This document shows, in pieces, positions 29,611 through 40,242 of a stretch of 64,000 nt of DNA; position 1 is the stretch's first letter, and every line of letters begins with the position of its first letter. The notes beneath the pieces were generated by a model that was not told the DNA's origin, made no database searches, and was given only the letters and a program-made list of their open reading frames with translations. A program made the translations under genes and the position numbers. Source of the stretch: a bacterium (lineage in GTDB: Bacteria; UBA8248); NCBI GenBank assembly GCA_965221165.1, contig CBDCRP010000002.1, forward strand, positions 1,312,001-1,376,000, written 5' to 3'.

Positions 29611-30834
29611 ATGGAGCAACGCTTACGCGAAGAAACGCCGGAATCGACGCCCGAGGGCCGGCTCATCGCGCACGTGGACATGGACGCTTTTTTCGTGTCC
29701 GTGGAGCGCATGGACCGACCCGACCTCGAGGACAAGCCGGTGGTCGTGGGCGGCAGCGTGGGACGGCGCGGCGTGGTCTCCGCGGCTTCTTATGAGGCGA
29801 GAGCGTTCGGCGTTCACTCGGCCATGCCGGTGGCCCGCGCCCGCGCGCTGTGCCCCCACGCCGTCTACATACAGGCGAACCACAAGAAATACGGGGAAGC
29901 TTCGAAGCGGGTGATGAAGGTGCTCGGAGGTTTCACGCCCGCGGTGCAGGCCGTCTCCGTGGACGAGGCGTATCTCGATTTGAGCGGAACCGAACGCCTC
30001 CACGGACCCCCGCTCCGGACGGCAGCTAGAATCAGGGAAGCGGTTCTGAGTGAGACGAACTGCTCGGCCTCCATCGGGCTGGCGTCGAGCCGCCTGGTGT
30101 CTAAAATCGCGTCCGCGCTCTCGAAACCCGCCGGCATCCTGCGCGTCTACCCGGGCGGGGAGGAGGCCTTTTTGCGTCCCCTGGCGGTGAGCAAAATCCC
30201 CGGCGTGGGCAAGGTGATGGTCCAGAAACTAAAGCGCCTGGGCATCTGGAGCATCGGCGACCTCGGCGCACAATCCCTGCCATTTTTAGAGGCGCAGTTC
30301 AAGAACGCAGGTCCCGATCTCTACCGCAAGGCGAGGGGGCTCGATGATTCCGAACTCGTGCTCGATAGCCGCCCCAAGAGCATCGGCAAGGAAACCACCT
30401 TCGAAGAAGACACCGCAGAGCCCGCGAAGCTGGAAGCCATACTCACGGGCCTGGCCGAAGAAGCGAGCGCGCGCGTGCGCCGCCGTGGCTTGTGCGCGAG
30501 GCATATAACCCTCAAAATCCGCTTTTCCGATTTCACGACGCTCACGCGCTCGTTCACCCTCGAAAAACCCACCCACCTGGACAAGGAAATCATCGAACCC
30601 GCACTCGACCTGCTGCGGCGCGCGCACGGGAAAGAGGGGAAAAACCGGAAATTCCGCCTGCTGGGGGTCTACCTATCCGGGCTGGATGAGGCGCGCGCGC
30701 AGCCGCTGCTGTTCGAGGATCGGGACCGCGAGAAGGAGGAGCGCCTCGTGGAGAGTCTCGATGAGATTCGCGAGCGCTTCGGCCACGAGGCCGTCTTCGC
30801 GCGCAAGAGCGTGGAGAGAATCAAGAAACCCTAG
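29611..30834 (+). CDS. dinB: DNA polymerase IV
   Basis: HVDMDAFFVSVE, SYEARAFGV, SVDEAYLD, SKPAG, KSIGKETTF. Confidence 0.95.
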   Translation: MEQRLREETPESTPEGRLIAHVDMDAFFVSVERMDRPDLEDKPVVVGGSVGRRGVVSAASYEARAFGVHSAMPVARARALCPHAVYIQANHKKYGEASKRVMKVLGGFTPAVQAVSVDEAYLDLSGTERLHGPPLRTAARIREAVLSETNCSASIGLASSRLVSKIASALSKPAGILRVYPGGEEAFLRPLAVSKIPGVGKVMVQKLKRLGIWSIGDLGAQSLPFLEAQFKNAGPDLYRKARGLDDSELVLDSRPKSIGKETTFEEDTAEPAKLEAILTGLAEEASARVRRRGLCARHITLKIRFSDFTTLTRSFTLEKPTHLDKEIIEPALDLLRRAHGKEGKNRKFRLLGVYLSGLDEARAQPLLFEDRDREKEERLVESLDEIRERFGHEAVFARKSVERIKKP

Positions 30835-31745
30835 AGTCGGCTCAGGATCAGAATCGTTCCCACGACCGTCATCACCGCGCCCAGCACGAGCCTGCCCGTG
30901 ATGTTTTCACTATCCCGCAGGAACAGGTGCGAAACCATGATCACCAGAAGCGGCTGAACCGACGTGATGGAGGTGACGCCCACCGCATAGGTGCGCGCCA
31001 TGGCGTTGCTGAACGAGGGCACCGCTATCGTCTGGAAGACGGCGGCGATGAGCATCCACTTCCAGCTCGCCCGGGGGATTTTTCCTTCCGTCTCCTTGTG
31101 TGCGAAGCCGACCGCCAGCACCCAGGCGAAGGCGAGCCCTATCCAGATGAGCAGCGCCGAGGCGGCCAGGGCGTTCATGTCGAGCGTGATGCTCCTCACC
31201 ATGACGCCCGACACGCTCCAGTTCAGCGTGGTCAGGCCCGCCGAGATGTAGCCCTTGACGATACTCTTTCGCGTGAGGCCCATCTCGGGGTTCGCCTGCG
31301 CAGGCTCGGAGCGCACCACTATGGTGATCCCCAGGACCAGGAACAAGAGCCCCAGGATGATGGGAACCGTGAACGGCTCGCCCAGGAATATGGTGGCCAA
31401 CAGCGCGGTGACGGCGGGCGTGCTCGCCGCGATGGGAATCGTGCGGCTCGGCCCGATGCGCCTGATGGCGTAATAGTAGGTGAGCCTTGAAACCGTGATC
31501 ATGAAAAAGCCGGTGATCGGCAGCAGGATCCAGGTGCTCGTCGACCCTGGCTGAAAGGCTGAAGCCGGCAGGGTGAAGAAGATCAGCACGGCGACGAATA
31601 CGCCGTTCAGGGTGGAGATGGCGGCGGTCGTTCTCAAGAGCGGCGCGTTCTTCATCGCCAGGCGCACGCAAAAAGACAGGCTCGTCCAGCTCAGGAGCGC
31701 CGAGGCGGCGAACAGCAGACCCACGACATGGGTGGATAGATTCAT
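30831..31745 (-). CDS. DMT/EamA family transporter
   Basis: About ten TM helices in two EamA-like halves (IGPSRT..P..LA..FLGE); stop overlaps the dinB stop. Confidence 0.85.
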   Translation of the reverse strand: MNLSTHVVGLLFAASALLSWTSLSFCVRLAMKNAPLLRTTAAISTLNGVFVAVLIFFTLPASAFQPGSTSTWILLPITGFFMITVSRLTYYYAIRRIGPSRTIPIAASTPAVTALLATIFLGEPFTVPIILGLLFLVLGITIVVRSEPAQANPEMGLTRKSIVKGYISAGLTTLNWSVSGVMVRSITLDMNALAASALLIWIGLAFAWVLAVGFAHKETEGKIPRASWKWMLIAAVFQTIAVPSFSNAMARTYAVGVTSITSVQPLLVIMVSHLFLRDSENITGRLVLGAVMTVVGTILILSRL

Positions 31746-31786
31746 AACCGCTTTCTAGGAGTTCGTAAAATTTACTGAAAAACCAG

Positions 31787-32254
31787 CTATTCGGGCCGCT
31801 TCAGCGTCCAGTTATCCGTGACGGACGTCGCCGCGCTCATGAACAGATACAAGATGCACCCCGCGCGAAACTTCGCCTTCACCTCCTCGAGTTCCTCCGC
31901 AGAGCCCGTGGAGGTCACGCGGACCTCCAGATCCACGCCGGTGACGCCTCCATTTTCCGCACCCGGATCGCCGGGAGCGAAACGCTCCATCGTGAGCCGC
32001 CCCTCGATCGCGCAATCATCGATCGGCATGCCGACTTCTTTCGCGAATATCTCCACGTGCGCGGCGCCGCAGCCCGTCAGCGCGCCGAGCATGTACTCGG
32101 CGGGTGTGGGGTGCTCGAACAGGCCGCCGCGCTCCACGGGTTCGTCGCTTGCGAATTCCGGACAATCCCGCGCCCGTATCCGCGCGCGCAAATCTCCCAT
32201 CCATTGCGCGTTCGCCGCCCGGACGACGGTTTTCGATTCGCTTTGCTCGCCCAC
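31787..32254 (-). CDS. OsmC/Ohr family protein
   Basis: SDEPVERGG..PTPAEYMLGALTGC and a second Cys in GCILY. Confidence 0.8.
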   Translation of the reverse strand: MGEQSESKTVVRAANAQWMGDLRARIRARDCPEFASDEPVERGGLFEHPTPAEYMLGALTGCGAAHVEIFAKEVGMPIDDCAIEGRLTMERFAPGDPGAENGGVTGVDLEVRVTSTGSAEELEEVKAKFRAGCILYLFMSAATSVTDNWTLKRPE

Positions 32255-32349
32255 CTCGGCTCCCCCTTCAAACTAAAAGGATGAAGTCCCCAGCCTACTA
32301 CATCACTTCCCCGGTTCGCCATGCGGATCGGGCGGGAGGGCCAAGCCTC

Positions 32350-33489
32350 TCATCCGCCCTCCATCGCGCTCAGGACGGCGGATATGAACCCCAAAAAACG
32401 CGCGCCCTCACGAATCCGCGCAGGAGAGAGGATATCCCGCTCGATTCCCACGTGGCGAAAACCATCGAAGACGAAGGATGAAATCGCTTCACTTGAAGTC
32501 TCGCGCGCGCGATTCGCCAGCAAAATGCTCTCCGACGCCGGAATGAACGGATCGTCCCGCCCGTGCAGAAAAAATTTGCGTCCCCCCACCTTCGGGACGA
32601 CGTCGCGCATCCCCCATTTCCGCAGGCGCTCCCGCTGCCCGGCTCCTTGCCGCGCATACAGGGCTTCGAAGCGACCCGGTGACTTGTTCTCCATCAAGGC
32701 GATGATCGCGCGCGCGTGAGGCGGCAAACCCGCCTGCAAATCGCCCGTATCCGCCGCTTCGTCTTTTCGTTTTCTCGACACGACGGCGTCGATGCGGGCC
32801 TGATGCGCATCCAGACCCAAAAGTTTCGCGTTATGGCGCAGGAAGAGCCATTTCCCGTGCCGAATGGGCAGACCCCCCGGGAAGGCGGGCCGGTTCTCCC
32901 CGCCGCTCGTGGTGAGGTGTTTGAGCACGTTTTTCAGATCGTAATAGGCGCCTACGCCGATGAAGGCGGCTAGTTTCTCCCCGACCACAGGTCTCGCCGC
33001 CGCGCGAAGGGCAGGCCCCGCCGCGAAGGAAAACGCCAGGAGGCTGCATTTTTCGAAAGAAGCCGGGCCGCCTCGCGTCATCCACGAGAATACCTTCTCG
33101 ATGCGCAGAACGTCCCCATCCTCCGGGCGGAACCGCCTCATACCGGGCAAATCGGGGACGACCGCCGAAAAACCCAGCCGCGCCAGAGTTTGCGCGAAGG
33201 CGACCAGTCGATGATCCTCCTTGCCCATCGCGCTCATTCCGTGGACGAGGACGACGCACCCCCGCGCGGGCGCATCGCCCCAGGGGGGCGAGTCGAGCGG
33301 CGCATACGAATCCGCCCGGATTCCTTCGGGCGAAATTTCGACTCTTCCCGGCTTTTTCGTGAGAAGCGAGAGCAGACCGCCGCTCCGGCCCTCGAGCAGC
33401 CCCTGTACCAGCAAGAAAGAATCAACGGGGTGGCGAAGCCCCGGCGAGAACCTCGACGCGACGAGAAGAAAGACCAGGGAAAACGACAT
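32350..33489 (-). CDS. Membrane-anchored alpha/beta hydrolase
   Basis: VVLVHG, AFSFAAG nucleophile elbow, LHGRDDPFIP, FRHV. True start may lie up to about 33537. Confidence 0.7.
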   Translation of the reverse strand: MSFSLVFLLVASRFSPGLRHPVDSFLLVQGLLEGRSGGLLSLLTKKPGRVEISPEGIRADSYAPLDSPPWGDAPARGCVVLVHGMSAMGKEDHRLVAFAQTLARLGFSAVVPDLPGMRRFRPEDGDVLRIEKVFSWMTRGGPASFEKCSLLAFSFAAGPALRAAARPVVGEKLAAFIGVGAYYDLKNVLKHLTTSGGENRPAFPGGLPIRHGKWLFLRHNAKLLGLDAHQARIDAVVSRKRKDEAADTGDLQAGLPPHARAIIALMENKSPGRFEALYARQGAGQRERLRKWGMRDVVPKVGGRKFFLHGRDDPFIPASESILLANRARETSSEAISSFVFDGFRHVGIERDILSPARIREGARFLGFISAVLSAMEGG

Positions 33490-33533
33490 GAGGAGTGCAA
33501 GGTTTCGGAGGGTTGCGAGCCGCCTGAGGATGA

Positions 33534-36428
33534 TCAGCCCACCTTCTCTTTCTCGAAATATTTTTTTAGGAATCCGCCCGTATGCGACCTGGGGTTCTGC
33601 GCCACCTCTTCGGGAGTCCCCTCGACGACGATGCGGCCTCCCCCCTCCCCGCCCTCGGGTCCTAAGTCTATCACCCATTCCGCGCAGCGAATCACGTCCA
33701 GATTGTGCTCGATGATCACCACCGTGTTCCCCAGTCCCACCAGGCGCGCGAGTACGTTCAACAACCGCTCCACGTCCTGAAAGTGCAGGCCCGTCGTCGG
33801 CTCGTCCATGAGGTACATCACGTCGCGGGGCGGCTTGGCGGCCAACTGGCCCGCAATCTTCAGGCGCTGGGCCTCGCCGCCGGAGAGCGTATTCACGGGC
33901 TGGCCTATTCTGAGATAATTGAGCCCTACGTCTCTTAGAATCAACAGCTTGTTCAGCACCGAGGGGACGTGGTCGAAAAAGAACATGGCTTCATCCACGG
34001 TGAGGTTCAAGACCTCGTGAATGTTTTTTCCCTTGTATTCGATTTCCATGGCCTGGGCCTTGAAGCGCCTGCCCTCGCAATCCGGACAGCGGATGAATAT
34101 GTCGGCCATGAAGTGCATCTCTATCTTCCGTATCCCGCTTCCGGTGCAGGACTCGCACCGTCCCCCGGCGGTGTTGAACGAAAAATGTCCGGGGCCATAG
34201 CCCATGTTCCTCGCCAGAGGGGTATCGGCGAAGAGGCGGCGAATCGCGTCGTAGGCCTTCAGGTACGTGATGGGGTTGCTTCGGGGGCTTTTCCCGATGG
34301 GGCTCTGGTCGAGCAGCACCACGGAATCGAGCGTCTCGAATCCTTCTATCCGACCGAAGCGGCCGATGGGGCCCTTGCCGTCGTGGAGAATCCGCGCCAG
34401 TGCCGGGTAGAGCGTATCGTGCACCAGCGTGCTCTTGCCCGAGCCGGAAACGCCCGTGATCGCCACCAGACGCCCCAAGGGAATGTGGAGGTCCACGTTC
34501 TTGAGATTGTTCTCCCGCGCGCCCATCAGGGAAAGGTAGGAGCAACTCCCGTTATCTCGCCGTTTGATCTTTCGCGGGTTGATCTCGCGCTCGCCGCTTA
34601 AAAATTTCGCCGTCGTCGATAGCCCGCACTCATCGAGCTCTTCCCTGGGACCTGAAAAAACCACCTCGCCGCCGTGCTCGCCCGCACCGGGACCCAAATC
34701 CACCACGTGGTCCGCCTCGTTGATGACGTCACGGTCGTGTTCGACCACGAGGAGAGTGTTTCCCCTGTCGACCAGATTCTTGAGGATGTTCACCAGGCGC
34801 GCGTTGTCCCTCGGGTGAAGCCCGATGGTCGGCTCGTCCAGAATATACAGCGTACCCGTGAGGTGCGCGCCCAGTTGATTGGCCAGGTTGATCCTCTGGT
34901 GCTCGCCCCCGCTCAGGGTCCTGGTTTCCCTGTCCAGGGTCAGATACTCCAGGCCCACCTTTTGAAGGAAATCGAGGCGGTCCCGCACCAGTTTGAGAAC
35001 GTCGCCGGCGCGCGCATCCTGGTCGGGCGTCAGCGGCGGAGCCTCGAAGTACGCTCTCAATTCGCTGACCGGCATGGCGCAAACGTCGGCGATGGTGTTA
35101 GCACCCAGTTTTATCCAAAGGGCCTCGGGACGCAGGCGCGTCCCCTTGCACGAAGCGCATTTTTGCAGGCTCTGGTAGCGCCTGATCATCACGCGAACCC
35201 AGACCTTGTATTTCCTTCTTTTGAGCCTCTCGAAAAACGGATACACCCCCAAAAGCGCCCCCGAACCCTCGAACACCATCTTCTTCTGGCCTTCGGACAT
35301 CTCCTCCCAGGGAACGTGGATATCGAGACCGTCGGCCTCGGCGGCTTCCTGAAGCTGCCCGCCGAAATACCGGCGGTAGCGCGGCCTCGCCCAGGGTTCC
35401 ACCGCCCCCTGGGCGAGCGTTTTCCGGGGTTCGGGCACGATGAGCGCCTCATCGAAATTCAGCGTATTCCCGAATCCCCCGCACTCCTGGCAGGCCCCGT
35501 TGGGATTGTTGAAGCTAAAGGTGTGCGGAACGGGTTCTTCGAACACATGGCCGCAGCATTCGAGCTTCTGGCTGAACCTGAGCCTCGGCCCGTCCACGAG
35601 CTGCACTTCGGCGACGCCGACGCCTTCCCGAAACGCCGTCTCGAGCGATTCTCCCAGGCGCGCGCGGTTTCTGGACGAGAGCTTCAGGCGATCCACCACC
35701 ACGCGAATCGCACGATGATTCCCCGCGGCGGGCCTCTCTTCTCGAGGCTCGCTCTTGCGGGGACGGCCGCGTTTCTTCGCTTCGGGCGGCGGTTCGGCTT
35801 CTTTCCTCAATCTCTCGAAAAGCGGGGGGCCGACGTTCACGATCTCATCATCCACCATCACGCGGATGTAGCCCTGCGCCACCAGGGATTTGAGTTCTCC
35901 CTCAATATCCTCGGCTTCCATCGGGGCCATCGGGAAGAGTAAGAATCCTCTTGCATCCGCATAGGCGTTCAACAGGAGCGCCACCGTGCCGTCGACCGTG
36001 GCGGGAGTAACCTCGCTCCCGCAATCGGGGCAATGAATTTTTCCGGCCTTGGCGAAGAGCAGGCGCAGGTAGTCGTAAATCTCCGACGCCGTGCCCACCG
36101 TGGAGCGCGAATGGTTCACCGGGTTGTATTGCTCGATGGCGATGGCGGGGCTGATGCCCTCGATGTAATCCACGTCGGGCTTGTCCACTCTTTCCAAGAA
36201 CTGCCGCGCGTAGGTGGAGAGGCTCTCGACGTACCTGCGGTGGCCCTCGGCGTATATGGTGTCGAACGCCAGGGAGGATTTGCCCGAACCGCTAGGCCCC
36301 GTGACGACGATGAACCGCTCCCTCGGGAGTTTGAGGGAGATGTCTTTCAGATTGTGCTCCCGCGCGCCCTCGATCCGTATGTCTTCCATAAAGGCCGGGG
36401 CGGCGGGGGCTGCATTCTGGCTGTTCAT
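33534..36428 (-). CDS. uvrA: Excinuclease ABC subunit A
   Basis: GAREHNLK, GPSGSGKSSLAFDT, two ABC ATPase modules, zinc fingers, LSGGEAQRLK. Confidence 0.95.
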   Translation of the reverse strand: MNSQNAAPAAPAFMEDIRIEGAREHNLKDISLKLPRERFIVVTGPSGSGKSSLAFDTIYAEGHRRYVESLSTYARQFLERVDKPDVDYIEGISPAIAIEQYNPVNHSRSTVGTASEIYDYLRLLFAKAGKIHCPDCGSEVTPATVDGTVALLLNAYADARGFLLFPMAPMEAEDIEGELKSLVAQGYIRVMVDDEIVNVGPPLFERLRKEAEPPPEAKKRGRPRKSEPREERPAAGNHRAIRVVVDRLKLSSRNRARLGESLETAFREGVGVAEVQLVDGPRLRFSQKLECCGHVFEEPVPHTFSFNNPNGACQECGGFGNTLNFDEALIVPEPRKTLAQGAVEPWARPRYRRYFGGQLQEAAEADGLDIHVPWEEMSEGQKKMVFEGSGALLGVYPFFERLKRRKYKVWVRVMIRRYQSLQKCASCKGTRLRPEALWIKLGANTIADVCAMPVSELRAYFEAPPLTPDQDARAGDVLKLVRDRLDFLQKVGLEYLTLDRETRTLSGGEHQRINLANQLGAHLTGTLYILDEPTIGLHPRDNARLVNILKNLVDRGNTLLVVEHDRDVINEADHVVDLGPGAGEHGGEVVFSGPREELDECGLSTTAKFLSGEREINPRKIKRRDNGSCSYLSLMGARENNLKNVDLHIPLGRLVAITGVSGSGKSTLVHDTLYPALARILHDGKGPIGRFGRIEGFETLDSVVLLDQSPIGKSPRSNPITYLKAYDAIRRLFADTPLARNMGYGPGHFSFNTAGGRCESCTGSGIRKIEMHFMADIFIRCPDCEGRRFKAQAMEIEYKGKNIHEVLNLTVDEAMFFFDHVPSVLNKLLILRDVGLNYLRIGQPVNTLSGGEAQRLKIAGQLAAKPPRDVMYLMDEPTTGLHFQDVERLLNVLARLVGLGNTVVIIEHNLDVIRCAEWVIDLGPEGGEGGGRIVVEGTPEEVAQNPRSHTGGFLKKYFEKEKVG

Positions 36429-36645
36429 TGTTTCCTGATAGCTCTATGAACGATACGGGCGCGAACGAAATGACAACCAGACAATATGATGCGGGGAGGA
36501 GGCAAGTGTCAATGGGGTCGGGTGTGTTTGGGGTGGGAATTAGAGTGGGGAAAGTCGACAAAGTATAGTCGGAGCGCAAAAAAGCAACATAGGGCTCCAA
36601 CTACAATTTGATGTTCAAATAATTCTTAAAAAATCCTCCAGGCCA

Positions 36646-37485
36646 TTAAGAGTCCACGGACAATCGTCGTCGATATTTCAGAAGGTCCTCCATTGTCACT
36701 GCATCTGGAGACACAAGGCGATAATGCTTTTCTGAAACTATTTTCACATCATCGCCATCCTGCTCAAACTCAAAAAGCGCGATCAAGTCGTCTCGCATGA
36801 GTTGCGCTCCGATTGGCCGACATATAAGAGACGAGAATTTATCCAAACAAAACGCCATGTCTTGTTCGACCTGTATTCTGTTCAGTCGATCATTCCCACC
36901 CTTGGCTTGGACAGGAATGACGTAGTGAGCGCCTCTCTTATCTATTCCGACATAAATTTCGTCAATCTCTATCTGGCCTAGTCTTTTCACGTTTGTTCGT
37001 AAATGATTCTGCAAAGAGTAACACGCAATTCCGAGAAATATGTCAATTAACCGATTATATCGAACGCGAGCCAGCACCGCCTGTTCATCACTAAACGCAT
37101 ATCTTGCTATTATTCCGGGCGTCGCGTCAGGAACCTTGGTGACGGCAAGATGTTGGTTTGGTGTCAGGGGAAGATCATTGACCAAATCGAAACGGTACCT
37201 TGATTTCCCGGCTGGGCGTATAATCCAAGTCTTACCCTCTGGCGCTTCCGCCAAGATGTTAGGTGGAAGCTCCGCCCTGTATCGGAAACTATAGATTAAA
37301 TCACCTACATTCTTGGGAATCGGAATGTTCTGTTCAGAGGCAGCCTCAATGATGTCTTCACGCCTGAATTCCACAGCGCGTTGTCCTGGCGTGTAGTTCT
37401 TTTGAAAAACAGCTTGAATAATCTTCGTGTATCGGCTTTTTGATGAAATACGCCATTCCCTCCGATTGATCAAATACCGGACCAT
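36646..37485 (-). CDS. Putative type II restriction endonuclease (PD-(D/E)xK fold)
   Basis: DEQAVL...QIEIDEIYVG...VPVQAK-type catalytic segment; overlaps a DNA methyltransferase gene; AT-richer than the flanks. Start uncertain. Confidence 0.7.
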   Translation of the reverse strand: MVRYLINRREWRISSKSRYTKIIQAVFQKNYTPGQRAVEFRREDIIEAASEQNIPIPKNVGDLIYSFRYRAELPPNILAEAPEGKTWIIRPAGKSRYRFDLVNDLPLTPNQHLAVTKVPDATPGIIARYAFSDEQAVLARVRYNRLIDIFLGIACYSLQNHLRTNVKRLGQIEIDEIYVGIDKRGAHYVIPVQAKGGNDRLNRIQVEQDMAFCLDKFSSLICRPIGAQLMRDDLIALFEFEQDGDDVKIVSEKHYRLVSPDAVTMEDLLKYRRRLSVDS

Positions 37486-38765
37486 TCCAACAAGACGACC
37501 TCTTCCCGTAATTCAGCGCCGGAGATAGTTGATTGCCGGGTCCGAAACAAATCAATGCCTAAAACCTTGTAGCCTAAAGATTCGGCAAGATCAGCGAGAA
37601 GCCGTCCTGTGCGAATCATAATCCTCAGGTAAGACGCTTGATCCCCGACCACGTAAGCGAGTTTCGCGCCTGGCTTGAGCACCGAACGCAAAGACGCGAG
37701 ATGCCGGAACATTCCACCGAAGTACAATTGAGTGACGCGCGGATACAGGCGTTCAAAGCCGGAAGTCTTGCCCAACTCGATGCGGCGCTTCTCTATAGCT
37801 TTGGCAATCCCTTGGATTTCAATATGGTCCATGATTGCGCGATCATCCGTATCAGATTTGTATACCCCCCGTGTATTTGACCGGACGAGATTCTGTTTCA
37901 ATCCCCGCAATTCTTTTTTATCGCGTATGAGTCCGAGAACAACAGATTCCAGCCTTGTAGTTCTCGTATAATCCTTCTCGTTTGGGTAGGGCGGTGAAGT
38001 GATCACTACATCTATGGATTCCGGCTCAAGAAGCCGACCAGCTTCCCTGGAGTCGGCTTGGAGAACATGAGCCGGAACATTGGCCTGATCTTTATGGATA
38101 TCGAGGTCCCGCGCGATTGCGCGCATACCGTCAACCCAACCCTCTAAAACCGGAACGTCCTGTTTGATTTTACCAACTCCCACTTCGGGACCGAATTTCA
38201 AATTGCTGAAACGATTTACGAGAGCGGTAGCGAGCGCGATACGCCCATATTGTCGTTCCCGGCTATTTCCGTGCCGGTCAACGACATCCAATAACGTCAA
38301 CGTCTTGTGGAGTGGGAGTGGGCTGATCGAGTTTTTTAACAACAGTTTCAACTGCTCAGACGAAAGCGAGCGCAACGAAGAAGAAGTTTTCGCCGCAACC
38401 GAGAAAAGAGGAGCATCCGCCGAATCGTCATAGCCTTGTTGCCTCAACTCTTTTCTCGCCACTGATGCAACGGTATCGGCATAATGCGAGAGTTCACCAG
38501 AATCAATGGACCATTCCGTCTTTACCATACTTGCGAAATACGCCATCGGGTTTGATTCGATTCCGATACTACGAATACCGAGCTTCTTGCACTCCACCAG
38601 CGTCGTCCCCGTTCCACAAAACGGATCGAGAACCGTATGAGATGAACCGATGTTAAACCGGGCTGCATAGTCTCGGACGAGATGTGGTGGAAATGATAGA
38701 ACGAACCGATACCAATCATGAACGGATCGATCTGCTGCTCGCAACTTGTTTTGCCCATTCCTCAT
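37470..38765 (-). CDS. Site-specific DNA methyltransferase, probably N4-cytosine (alpha motif order)
   Basis: Motif I DPFCGTGTT precedes motif IV TSPPY; C-terminal LKPG..YVVGD and REEVVLL. Confidence 0.88.
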   Translation of the reverse strand: MRNGQNKLRAADRSVHDWYRFVLSFPPHLVRDYAARFNIGSSHTVLDPFCGTGTTLVECKKLGIRSIGIESNPMAYFASMVKTEWSIDSGELSHYADTVASVARKELRQQGYDDSADAPLFSVAAKTSSSLRSLSSEQLKLLLKNSISPLPLHKTLTLLDVVDRHGNSRERQYGRIALATALVNRFSNLKFGPEVGVGKIKQDVPVLEGWVDGMRAIARDLDIHKDQANVPAHVLQADSREAGRLLEPESIDVVITSPPYPNEKDYTRTTRLESVVLGLIRDKKELRGLKQNLVRSNTRGVYKSDTDDRAIMDHIEIQGIAKAIEKRRIELGKTSGFERLYPRVTQLYFGGMFRHLASLRSVLKPGAKLAYVVGDQASYLRIMIRTGRLLADLAESLGYKVLGIDLFRTRQSTISGAELREEVVLLEWSGI

Positions 38766-39247
38766 TCGAGATTATCCTTGGTTCGCATCGCGCAATTCGT
38801 CCAGTTGGGTGCGGTCACAACAATTCCCTTATTGACCTTGGCGCCACTCCTTGTCGGTTTGCGTTTTTCCCGCCATTACACTGAACAATGAACCCGGCCT
38901 ATCCTCTGGACGATTCCCTCCATTCAAGCAAAGGAAAGAACCGAGCGATCCGCCCACGCTCGAATGGCGTAATGGTGAAACGGGTTGCCCGCCGTGAAGA
39001 ACCGACCGTTTTGTCTTTTTGCCTCTATCATCATGGCGACATGATACGATAATAAAGCGAAAACATCAACTGGGTGGGCGATTTCTTTAGAAACTATCTC
39101 ATAGTATACCCTTTTGCTTCAAGAATCACTCGGAGCGCATCGTCTCGCAAGAAGTAAAATGTCCGCCGAACAACCACCCGAAAGCCGCGGGTAAAAAACG
39201 CGCTTTTATTCCGCCTCGAATCCGGCGAAAATTCCCGCCACTCCACC

Positions 39248-40033
39248 TCAAATCGCCCTTAACCGTCCCCCGTCGACGGCGAACACGCCGCCCGAGATGT
39301 AGCTCGCCTCGGGCGAGGCCAGAAACGCCACCATCGCGCCGAATTCCTCGGGCTCACCCAGGCGGCCCAGCGGCACTTCGCGCTCCACGCGCGCCACGGA
39401 TTCCTCGAAGGTGATCCCCAGACGCCTTGCGGCGGATTCGCGGCCCTGCCTCGCGCGCTCGGTGTTGATGACGCCGGGGATGACCACGTTCACCAGAATG
39501 TTCTCCCCACCCAGAGAGCGTGAGAGCGATTTGGCCAGACCGGCTACGGCGGGCCGCATGACGTTCGAGAGCAGGAGATCGTCGATGGGTTCGCGCACCG
39601 AACTGGACAGGATGAAGAGGATTCTCCCGCCCCCGCGCCCTCTCATGTGCGGAAGCGTCTCGCGCACGAGGCGCACGGCGCTCATGACGCCCAGCTCGAA
39701 CGCATCGCGCCAGGCGTCGTCCTCAAAATCCTCGAACATCCCCCGGGGAGGGCCGCCCGCGTTCGAGACCAGAACGTCCACGCCGCCGAAATGAGCAGCG
39801 GCGCCTTGGATGAAATTCTGGACACCCGCCCGTGTGCTCACATCCGCCGCGCAATGCCAGGTCTCCACGCCGGCTTGCTTTGCGATATCCCTTGCGGCGG
39901 CGGCGCAGGTGGCCTCATCTCGCGAGCAAATGGCGACGCTCGCTCCGCGCATCGCCATCTTGAGCGCCGAGGCGCGCCCCAGACCCTTGCTGCCGGCTGC
40001 GACCAGGGCGATTTTTCCTTCCATATCTCTCAT
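39248..40033 (-). CDS. Short-chain dehydrogenase/reductase (BKR-like)
   Basis: AAGSKGLG, VSNAGGPP, LSNVMR, PLGRLGEPEE, VDGG. Confidence 0.9.
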   Translation of the reverse strand: MRDMEGKIALVAAGSKGLGRASALKMAMRGASVAICSRDEATCAAAARDIAKQAGVETWHCAADVSTRAGVQNFIQGAAAHFGGVDVLVSNAGGPPRGMFEDFEDDAWRDAFELGVMSAVRLVRETLPHMRGRGGGRILFILSSSVREPIDDLLLSNVMRPAVAGLAKSLSRSLGGENILVNVVIPGVINTERARQGRESAARRLGITFEESVARVEREVPLGRLGEPEEFGAMVAFLASPEASYISGGVFAVDGGRLRAI

Positions 40034-40098
40034 TCGATATCTCCTCCATCGCGCCCATCATCAGGACGGGCGCCTGAAAAAAATTCACGCGCCATCAC

Positions 40099-40242
40099 GC
40101 GGACAGGCGGGTCCGCCCCTACACGAGCAAACACCCCGAACAGGACGACCACGAGGGATTATAGCGGCAGTCCCTCATCGGGACCGCCCCACAACCCCCT
40201 GTGGCTGCCCCCTGTCAGGACAGGCGCGGGGGCTACCCATTC
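40099..40242. repeat. GTAG-type REP-like palindromes (one near-intact, one degenerate pair)
   Basis: 40099-40122 reverse-complements to GTAGGGGCGGAC-CCGCCT-GTCCGC; degenerate CAACCCCCTGTGGCTGCCC...GGACAGGCGCGGGGGCTACCC nearby. Confidence 0.55.
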
